Below, piece by piece: positions 27,533 to 37,548 of a stretch of DNA of 64,000 bases. This DNA comes from Takakia lepidozioides (taxonomy: Eukaryota; Plantae; Bryophyta). The position numbers and the translations under genes were made by a program. A model generated the notes under the pieces. It saw only the letters and a list, made by a program, of their open reading frames with translations, did no database searches and was not told the origin of the DNA. Positions within the stretch are counted from its first letter, which is position 1, and every line of letters starts with the position of its first letter. The DNA is taken from the NCBI GenBank assembly GCA_030704615.1, contig CM060733.1, forward strand, positions 61,256,001-61,320,000. Reading direction: 5' to 3'.

Positions 27533-30500
27533 TATGCCAGACCAAAGCGGAGATTACCATTGGACAGCTATTGGCTGTGGCACCTTATTGTAGACACAGG
27601 CTGTATCAAGCAATCAATCAAATTGCCCATGTGACAGGGAACACAGACCTGAACAGCAAGGTGACCAGTTATAATGTGAAGCCGGAAGGGCGAGAAGCAG
27701 TCAGGGACTTTGATGATTCTATGTCAGTAATCCAATTGAGAATTGGAAGAACAGAACTAACTGATGTACTGATAGATGGAGGCTTTGGAGTGAATATCAT
27801 GACAGACCAATTAAGGCAGAAGCTTGGTGTAAGTAACATGAAACCAGCCCCATTTACAGTAACAATGGCAGATCAAAGAAGTGTACAGCCATTGGGATTG
27901 ATAAGAGGAGTTAAGATACAGATTCAAAAGATGATCTTTATGATCACAGTAACTGTGTTGAAAATGGATGAAGTCATGGAGGCTTACTCCTTATTATTGG
28001 GACGTCCGTGGCTGAAACAGGCTAGGGTATTCCATGACTGGAATTCCCAGTTACTAACTGTGCATAATGGGATGCACAAGATACAAATTACCACTAAGAA
28101 ATCTAGTAGATTACCTGCTACGAGAAGACCTCAAGGGGTCAGGGAGTATGACTGGAGGGGAGGACTGGATGAGGAGCAAGAAACTACCCTGTTCGCTGCA
28201 CACCCAGAGTGGGAGCAGGTTGTAGAGATGCAGCTGGAAGGCCTAAGTTGTTTAAAAGGTATCTGCTGTGGTGTAGTGACAACAACACCAATTGAAGGTG
28301 AAATAAGCAGTTACCCACCACATTTTTATGAAGAAAGAGAATGAGAAATGGAAATCCTAGAGGAACCAGCCACTGTGAGTTTACAGGATGAAGTGGTAAC
28401 TGGTTGGACAATCACAGCTGATGAGCAGGTGAGAGAAGTGAATGTGGGAACTGAAGAGGAACCGAGGATGGTGAAGGTAGGGGCTGATTTGGAGCCAGAA
28501 TTCTTTGAGGAAGCTAAGAGTTTGTTCATCAAATACAAAGATGTATTTGCTTGGAGCTACGAGGATCTAAAAGGGATACCACCTGAGATCTGTCAGCATA
28601 AGATTGAACTGGAACCAGGGTCAGTACCAATCAAATAGGCAAGGTACAGAATGAATCCCAACTATGCACAGAAGGTTGGAGAAGAGATCAAGAAGTTGGC
28701 TGAGGCTAAGTTTATATACCCGATAGAGTATACAACTTGGTTGTCACCCATTGTAATAGTTCCCAAGAAGAATGGTAAACTGAGAGTTTGTGTGAACTAT
28801 AAGAGGTTGAATGCTTGCACGAAGAAAGATCATTTTTCCTTGCCATTCACAGAAGCGGTATTGGACACTGTGGCAAGCCATGAGATGTACTCATTCATGG
28901 ATGGCTTCAGTGGTTATAATCAAGTGCAAGTGGCAGAAAAAGACCAGGGAAAGACAGCTTTCATCACAGACTGGGGTGCTTATGCATACAAAGTCATGTC
29001 TTTTGGACTTTGTAATGCACCAGCAACCTTTCAAAGAGTGATAAGTGAATCTTTTCATGAGTATCTGGATGATTTCATGTAGGTGTTCTTGGATGATTTC
29101 AGTGTGTACAGCTCTAAGAATGAGCACTTGCATAAATTGGAGTTATGTTTGGCCAGATGCAAGATGAGAGGTCTGGGCCTGAATCCAGAGAAGAGTACTT
29201 TCTGTGTGAACTCAGGGGTGCTTTTGGGACACATTGTGTGTAAGAGGGGACTTCTTGTGGATCCCAGGAAGACAGAGGCCATTAAAGCCTCTCCACCACC
29301 AGTAAATGTTAAGAGTCTAAGGAGATTCCTTGGACAAACTAGTTATTACAGAAGATTTGTCAAAAGGTATGCACAGATAGCAACACCATTGAGCAAGCTT
29401 CTGAAGAAAGATGCAGTGTTTGCATGGACAGCTGAATGTCAACAGGCTTTTGATGAACTTACATTGTCAGTAACAACTACACCTGTGCTGATTAACCCTC
29501 ACTGGCATGTAGTATTTCATGTTCACTGTGATGCCTCAGGAGAAGCGTTGGGAGCGGTGTTAGCCCAAAATGTTACAGGAAATATAGATTCACCTGTGTA
29601 CTATGCTAGCAGGTTGATGAACAGCGCTGAAAGGAACTATAGCACAACTGAAAGAGAAGCACTGGCAATGATTTATGCAGTCAAGAAATTTAGGCATTAC
29701 CTATTGGGAAGAAAGTTTATGTTTAATGTGGTCACCAGGCTCTGATATATCTGGTGAACAAACCTTTGATAAGTGGAAGGATAGCAAGGTGGTTAATAAT
29801 CTTGCACGAGTTTGAGTTTGAAGTTGTTTACAAGCCTGGCCGTTTGCATCTTGTGGCAGATCATTTGTCACGCCTAACAACAGGAGAGCCCGCCATAGGA
29901 GTAGACGACCAATTGCCTGATGCGAGTTTATTCGCAATGGAGGTGCAAGGAAGTGCAGATGAATGGTTAGATGAATGGTCCATTGGAATTTATCAGTGAT
30001 CAGGGAAGTCGCTTCATTAATGAGACCATTGAACAATTGACTAAAGAGTTCATGATTGTGCATAGGAAGAGTACAACGTATTACCCACAGGGTAATGGGC
30101 AGGCAGAGGCTACCAACAAAATACTATGTACTATCTTGGCTAAGATAGTCAATGCAAACAGAACGGATTGGGATACAAAGCTACTGACAGCTTTGTGGTC
30201 ATACAGGACTTCATATAAAGTCACCACTAAGTATACACCATTCCAATTAGTTTATGGTATGGAAGCTTTACTTCCAGTGGAATTCTTGTTACCTACCATG
30301 AGAACGGAATGGGGAAAGAGAATGAAATTGGAAGATTCAATTAAGGTCAAGAAACGTGAATTATACCATGTGGAAGAAGTACGTGCTGATGCAGCCGATA
30401 ACATGACCAGAATTCAGATGAAGAGGAAGGAACAGTTTGATGAAGGCAAATTAAAGACTTTTAAGATGGGAGATTTGGTTCTCTGGTTGCAGAAGAAGGG

Positions 30501-30650
30501 GAAGATTAAAGCTTCTAAGCTTAAATCACCATGGAAAGGACCTTATGTCATACAGAAGATGTATGATAACAACACCGCCATGTTACAAACCATTAACAAA
30601 GAGATGCTGGGAAGAGTCAATGCCAATAAGTTCAAGGGGTACAGTGGTAT
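27499..30650 (+). pseudogene. pol: protease, RT, RNase H, integrase (N-terminal part of integrase deleted near 29970)
   Basis: VLIDGGFGVNIM..LLLGRPWL; MDGFSGYNQV, MSFGLCNAPATFQ, FLDD; VHCDASG, RNYSTTEREAL; ISDQGSRF, YYPQGNGQAE, WKGPY. HHCC and first catalytic Asp missing; in-frame stops. Confidence 0.95.
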
Positions 30651-30796
30651 CCATGACAAACCATTGCAGCACGATTTGCATGTTGAAACGCAAAAGCAGT
30701 CACGGGCTGCGCCAGTGACACCAACGGAGTATGGAGCACTTGTCGCTAAGCCGAGCATATATGACCAGGGCGGGAACTACAGGTGTTCGCATACCT

Positions 30797-31030
30797 ATCA
30801 CAGCCCATCACAGCGTGACACAGTCTATCACAACCCATCACAGCGTGGCACAGCCTATCACAGACCATCACAGCGTGACACAGCCTATCACAGCCCATCA
30901 CAGCGTCACACAACCTATCACAGCCCATCACAACCTATCACAGCCCATCACAACGTCACACAGCCTATCACAGCCTATCACAGTGCCACACAGCCTATCA
31001 CAACTCAACACAGCCTACCAAAGTTACACA
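30797..31030 (+). repeat. 10-bp tandem array (CACAGCCTAT / CACAGCCCAT / CACAGCGTGA)
   Basis: About 23 consecutive degenerate 10-mers after the integrase; same CACAGC core as the LTR arrays. Confidence 0.9.
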
Positions 31031-32049
31031 GTCCATAGGATCAGTGACAGGTGGACGTGGGTTAACATCCGGAGAGTGGCCGGCGGAAAAGTGGACGGAG
31101 GCAGGTTTAGAAATGGACACGTGGACGCCAGGGCGAGACACACAGCCGGACATGAATTGCAAGAACGGGTGTCTCAGTGATTCCAAAGGTGCAGCGGTTG
31201 TCTAGGGAAAACCCCTGGGGGGTGCACTCCAGCCAATATGTACCAGCCACGTGCGTGCACAGGAGGGGGTATTTTAAACCCCCCCATGTACAACATTATA
31301 CATAAATAGGGGGATTTAAAACACGTTAAATATAATGTTACAGGAGGGGGTTGTTGAATTGTAAGGGGTAGTCTAGTGGTAAGGACATCGTTTAGTCCGC
31401 GATGCATGGCGGGATCAAATCGCGGTATCCTTTTTTTTGCTCTCTCTTTTCCCTCCTCTCCTCTCATCTCCTCTCATCTCCTCTCCCCTCCTCTCCCGCG
31501 TTCGTGGGTGGGTGGTCGACCGCAGGGCATGGTATTCTTCTTGATGTTTACAAGGTTCTTGGGAGGGTCAGCTTGGTCTTAGCAAGCCGTGTTTCAATCT
31601 CTGCTTGCTCAGCTGCACTGTGGTGGTTCTCAAAGACCAATCCGACATTACCTTACTACAGCCATCAGCAGCACACAAAAGAGATCATTTTGGGGTTGAT
31701 GGGAGGTCAAATCCTCCATGGGTCACAACACAAGGTCAAGGACAATGTGGTGAGGGCACCTTCTTCTTCGACCTATTTCAGCCTGTTTTTCCCTCTCATC
31801 ACACTCGGCGCCCCTGAATTTGCAGCACGGAGCAGAGCTGACAAAAGTTTTTTAAAGATCCTTCACGATGGTGGGACAACTGCAGTCGCAAGGTGTGGCG
31901 TTTTCTTAAGGTACAATGTGAAGAAGTTTGTCCATCCTGGAAATGCGGGCTCTTGCCTCCTGTTAGTACCATGATTTGGTATTCTTCTAGCCCAGGCCAG
32001 TCACATTCGTTTGTTTTTGCAATGCGTGTGCGATCCTGGCAGCCCTGGA

Positions 32050-32480
32050 AAATGAGGAAGAGGTCCATGGTGGCATCATCAAAGCTGGGATTGTATCAGA
32101 TGTCAATCTGACCAGTGCCATGGTGGACATGTATGCCAAATGCGGGTGCATGAAGGATGCATTAAAGGGGGTGTTGGGCAGTATGGTTGAACGGAATGTG
32201 GTGTCATAGAGCGTGATGGTGGCATGCTATAAGCGCTACAAGGGCAGAGGAGGGAGGCTTTGGAGACCTCTGAGCACATGTACAAGCTTGGCAGCCCTGG
32301 AGATTGGAGAAGAGGTCCACGGTGGCATCGTCAAAGCTGTAGTGATTGTATCAGATGTCATTATGAAAGCTGCCCTGGCGGACATGTATGTCAAATGTGG
32401 GTATGTGTAAGATGCAAAGGGAGTGATGGGCAGCTAAGGGGTTGTGTATGCAATGTGGTGTCATGGAGCATAGTGATGGA
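32050..32480 (+). pseudogene. PLS-class pentatricopeptide repeat (PPR) gene fragments
   Basis: AALEIGEEVHGGIVKA..SDVIMKAALADMYVKCGYV*DAKGV and ..AMVDMYAKCGC.. match the plant PLS PPR L/S consensus (G.EVH..IVK.G..SDV...ALVDMYAKCG..EDA..VF). Confidence 0.85.
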
Positions 32481-32609
32481 GCAAAGGACGCGTTCCCCCC
32501 CTGAGTTTGAATTAAGTCTAGTGCAGAGAGGGTGATTTAGGGGCTGAGCTTTGGCTCAGCCTCAAGATTCAGAAAGTTGGTGCATAGAGTCCATTCAAAT
32601 GGAGTACTG

Positions 32610-34165
32610 TTGGGCAGACATGGAAAAGGGGGGAGAGGTGCATGGTGACATTGTCAAAAGCTGAAATTAATGTACCTTATGTTCTTCTGAATAGTGCCCC
32701 CTGGTGGACAGGTCTGCCAAATGCGGGTGCATAGAGGATGCAAAGGGAGTGTGGGGAAAACCTGGAAAAGGGGGAAGAGGTCCATGGTGACATTGTCAAA
32801 AGCTAGAATTGTACCTTATGTCATCTGAACAGTGCCCTGGTGGACAGGTCTGCCGAATGCGGGTGCGTAGAGGATGCAAATGGAGTGTTGGGCAGACCTG
32901 GAAAATGGGGAAGAGCCATGGTGACATTGTCAGAAGCTGGAATTGTACCTTATGTTATCTGAATAGTGCCCTGGTGGACAGGTCTGCCAAATGCGGGTGC
33001 GTAGAGGATGCAAAGGGAGTGTGGGGCAGACCTGGAAAGGGGGAAGCTGAGGTCCATGGTGACATTGTCAAAAGCTGGAATTGTACATTATGTCATTCTG
33101 AATAGTGCCCTGGTGGACAGGTCTGCCAAATGCGGGTGCGTAGAGGATGCAAAGGGAGTGTGGGGCAGACCTGGAAATGGGGGAAGCTGAGGTCCACGGT
33201 GACATTGTCAAAAGCTGGAGTTGTACCTTATGTCATTCTGAATAGTGCCCTGGTGGACAGGTCTGCCAAATGCGGGTGCGTAGAGGATGCAAAGGGAGTG
33301 TTGGGCAGACCTGGAAAAGGGGGAAGAGGTCCATGGTGACATTGTCAAAAGCTGGAATTGTACCTTATGTCATCCTGAATAGTGCCCTGGTGGACAGGTC
33401 TGCCAAATGCCGGTGCGTAGAGGATGCAAAGGGAGTGTGGGGCAGACCTGGAAAGGGGGAAGCTGAGGTCCATGGTGACATTATCAAAAGCTGGAATTGT
33501 ACATTATGTCATCTGAACAGTGCCCTGGTGGACAGGTCTGCCAAATGCGGGTGCGTAGAGGATGCAAAGGGAGTGTGGGGCAGACCTGGAAATGGGGGAA
33601 GCTGAGGTCCATGGTGACATTGTCAAAAGCTGTAATTGTACCTTATGTCATTCTGAATAGTGCCCTGGTGGACAGGTCTGCCAAATGCGGGTGCGTAGAG
33701 GATGCAAAGGGAGTGTTGGGCAGACCTGGAAAAGGGGGAAGAGGTCCACGGTGACATTGTCAAAAGCTGGAATTGTACCTTATGTCATCCTGAATAGTGC
33801 CCTGGTGGACAGGTCTGCCAAATGCGGGTGCGTAGAGGATGCAAAGGGAGTGTTGGGCAGACCTGGAAAAGGGGGAAGAGGTCCACGGTGACATTGTCAA
33901 AAGCTGGAATTGTACCTTATGTCATCCTGAATAGTGCCCTGGTGGACAGGTCTGCCAAATGCGGGTGCGTAGAGGATGCAAAGGGAGTGTTGGGCAGACC
34001 TGGAAAAGGGGGAAGAGGTCCACGGTGACATTGTCAAAAGCTGGAATTGTACCTTATGTCATCCTGAATAGTGCCCTGGTGGACAGGTCTGCCAAATGCG
34101 GGTGCATAGAGGATGCAAAGGGAGTGTGGGGCAGACCTGGAAAAGGAGGAAGAGGTCCATGGTGG
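32610..34165 (+). repeat. Tandem repeat, 11 copies of a 133-140 bp PPR-derived unit
   Basis: AA(T/C)AGTGCCCTGGTGGACAGGTCTGCC recurs at about 32690, 32828, 32962, 33101, 33241, 33378, 33516, 33656, 33793, 33930, 34067. Confidence 0.95.
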
Positions 34166-35098
34166 AATTGTTGTACTTTGTGTCATTCTGAGAGTCCAAA
34201 TTATCTAGGGAAGGAAAATCACTAAGGGATACATTTCACCCTGTTCTTCTCTCTTATCAGAATTGGCCCTAAAATTCCATGTTGAACTCTGCAATTCCCA
34301 ATGCCCTTTATTACTTAGGCTTTCACTTCCCCAAGCAACTTACATCTGTACCAGCCTTGAGTTCAACACATACTCTTAGTGCTCTTTATCATTAAAGTAT
34401 ACAGAATATACTGGCATGGTTCTGTTCACCAGCCATAGATAAGAGTATACATTGTACCATTTGGTGGTTAATCCAAAGATAACATTATACATCTGAAAAC
34501 CCCAGACTCTTGGAGATAAGATGTCTTGAACAATACATTCTGATTCAGAACTGAAACCATCGTACTATTTAGTATTTAATCAGCATGGTAGGTAGCTTAA
34601 AAACTACTCTATAAGCTGGCTCAACTTATTAGTATTATGGAAGATATGTGGTGTTGGAGAAAAACACAATTACAATGAGCGGAAAGTCTTTGACAATCTT
34701 ATCAAGGGCAAATAGATATCTTTTTAATTAATTTATTGGATTTTATTCTGTTTTTTAATTAATAAACTTGATATAATATAAAAACATACATATACATATT
34801 TGAGGGTATTTTTTAATGATTGAAAAAGAGAATATACATATAGAGGGGGTTTTTTTTTTAAATTATAAATTTTTGTATATGTACAGGAGAGGGTTTTATA
34901 ATCCTCAAAAAGTATGTACAGAGGGGATATAAATTATCCGAGGACCCGTATACAGGGGGTTTTTTTATTAGTCGGCGAACGCACGTGATACGCACATTTT
35001 ATAAAAAGTGCACCCCCCAGGGGAAAACCCTGCTGTGCATGTAATACCCACACCTGTGACGGAGGTACCTGGGGTAGAATATCAAGACACTGCAGCAC

Positions 35099-36582
35099 AT
35101 GTGGCGGATGAGGTGGTTCAGGAAGAAAAATCTGGTGGGGCAATGGCCTGAATGGTTGGTGAGGCATCACACTGTTGAGGATCAAGGAGAACAGCAGCAA
35201 GCTCCCCATGAAGACCCTCAGCAGGCCATGCTTATGAGTTCCATAAGCAGAACACTTAATTTGTTGGGCACTTATGTGAAATCCCATGTTCCATCTACCC
35301 AATTGGCAGCTTTGAGGGAGGAGCTCAGAAAGGAGTTTGAGGCTCGACTTGCTACTGAGTGTGCAAACAAGGTCGATGAGGAGGTCAATCTCAAGTTACA
35401 GCAAGAGTTAGAAGATACAAAAGTTGCTTTGCAGTTGGCTAAGGAACATTTGATTGAAGCACGCCTCGCGTAGGACCAGTTGCACGAAGCACATAAACAA
35501 CAGTTATACCAAATGCAGGTGAAGCATGAGGGCAAGTTGCAAGAAGTGAATGCACTACATACGGAGTTGCAGGCAGTACATGAGAGGATGACCATACAAT
35601 GTGCTACACTCACAACTACTCTTGAGCAAACTGCATTAGAAGTTAACAGACAAGGGGAGAGATGTATGAAGGCAGAGGCAGAGACAGTCGAGCAGGCGAA
35701 ACTCATTGTTGATATGAAGAATACAATCTGTCGCAATGAGAATACTTTCAAGCAATGCAGACAGGTTGAAGCTGACCAAGAGAGGTACATCCTAGAGTTG
35801 CAACAAATGGTCATGGTAAATAGAAATGAACTCTCTGTGGCTAACAAGGCTTGGAAGGAAGCCAATAATCTGGCTGCTGCCTATGCGAGTTTGGTTGAAC
35901 CTCATGCGAAGCGCATGGAGGCTTTACAGCAGCAGTTAGATGTGTACATGCTCACAGAGGAGCAGACTCCTAGGGGTGCCACACACAACTTGGTGCATAA
36001 CTACCTTATGCAGGTCTGGTTAGCACAAGGGCCGGTGGAAGGCAAAGCACCACAGAAGCTCACCCAGGGCAAGATGAATGAGCTCAGATTGTAGGTGCAG
36101 AACATTGCCACAACTACTATAGACAATGTCTATAGTAGAATAGCGGAGCTACAGGAGGATGTAGAAGGCCTGCAAACTCAGGTGGATGACCAGAGTTCAA
36201 ATATTGACAAGAGAGTCTTTGTACCTGAAGAGCAGCTGATGGCTACGTATTTACAAGCCAGAACTTTAATTTTTCAGTCTTCTTTGCAAGGGGTGCAGGA
36301 GATGCCAGTGGTAGAAGGGCCAGTGCTACCAATACCACAACAAGTGACTGTGCAGGTAGCTGACCATGTTGTTACTACAGCCACACCACAGCCTGAGGTA
36401 TGGGGGGATGCTGCTTTTAACCCACCTAAGACTCCTGCTGCACGGGAGTACAGTCGGGCTATGATTATGCCCTTCAACCAAATTCCCATTGTGTTGGATT
36501 TGGCTTGGAAGGAATTTAGTCCTCCGCAGTCGTTGGCACATTACTACCAGATCATGCGCATTTGGCTGCCAGTGGGCAACTA
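35099..36582 (+). pseudogene. Coiled-coil accessory ORF of the outer Gypsy, downstream of pol (interrupted by the nested element; coding-like sequence resumes at 44250-45121)
   Basis: ORFs 35099-35473, 35480-36094 and 36095-36582 are one frame broken by single TAGs; E/Q/L/K-rich heptads. Confidence 0.65.
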
Positions 36583-37288
36583 TGTCGTGCGCATACATAT
36601 CGCTACACAACTACATCGCTGTCCAAAACCACACAACACATGTGCACACCACACACTAGTATACCACTAGTCTACCACTAGTCCAGCCACTAGTCCAACC
36701 ACTAGGCTACAACTAGTCAGTCACTAGGCTGCCACTACGCTGCCCACTATGGCAGTCACTAGTCCACACAATGATAAAGAAGAAGAATACAAGCTCAAGC
36801 TCATGCGAGCTCACAAAGCTTAAGCATAAACTCATGCATATATAACCTCATCACTCAAATACAAGTCAAGCCAAGTGCACCCCACGCCATGGGGAATCCA
36901 CACTACGGCGCCATAGCTAGGCGCGGTGAGGCTCAACTCGAGAAAGATGAGCCTCCCGGGCTTGCCGTGAAGATAACCACTCCAGGGCCTAAATCTGCCT
37001 TGACCTCCGGATTGACACTTGGGCCAATCCCAAATATCAATATGTAAAAGCTAGCTATTTCCTAGCTAGTTTCACACTAGTGGTAAAATAACTTGACAGC
37101 TGTCGTGCGCATACATATCGCTACACAACTACATCGCTGTCCAAAACCACACAACACATGTGCACACCACACACTAGTATACCACTAGTCTACCACTAGT
37201 CCAGCCACTAGTCCAACCACTAGGCTACAACTAGTCAGTCACTAGGCTGCCACTACGCTGCCCACTATGGCAGTCACTAGTCCACACA
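36583..37288 (-). repeat. 3' terminal block A-B-A (A 188 bp twice; B 327 bp)
   Basis: The two A copies read as identical and contain repeated CCACTAG; the B|A junction is the palindrome GACAGCTGTC (37095-37104). Confidence 0.95.
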
Positions 37289-37300
37289 ATCGCCCCCCTA
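37289..37300 (-). promoter_or_regulatory. Polypurine tract
   Basis: Minus strand TAGGGGGGCGAT immediately precedes the TG of repeat A at 37288. Confidence 0.8.
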
Positions 37301-37548
37301 GCTGGTGCTTAGGTCCCTCTAAGTCCAGGTAGCCACAAGATGTGATAGTGACCATAGCCTCACTAAGTCCTCCACCACTATCCCTACTACACTCAAACTC
37401 GATAGATCAAGAGGCCGGGTGCAAGAGTTGCCCCATCGTTAGTCGCCGTCTTGCAACCTGTGAACTTGAGCTTGGGATCTCATGTATTGACTCCTATGAG
37501 CTTGGCCTCCCATGTCTTGTTAGCTGCCTCCAGTCATGTCCACTGCCA

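Larger units (their letters stand above)
31203..35032. mobile_element. Non-autonomous hAT-like TIR element carrying PPR gene fragments
   Basis: Left TAGGGAAAACCCCTGGGGGGTGCACT vs right (reverse complement) CAGGGTTTTCCCCTGGGGGGTGCACT; shared subterminal TACAGGAGGGGG-like motifs; no TSD recognisable. Confidence 0.65.

Noticed and set aside
32610-34165. Regular repeat array resembling CRISPR
   Set aside because: Whole units are repeated with no unique spacers, there are no cas genes, the context is eukaryotic, and the unit is PPR-derived.
31195-35040. 8-bp TSD for the hAT-like element
   Set aside because: Flanks CGGTTGTC and CTGTGCAT do not match, so the superfamily call is tentative.
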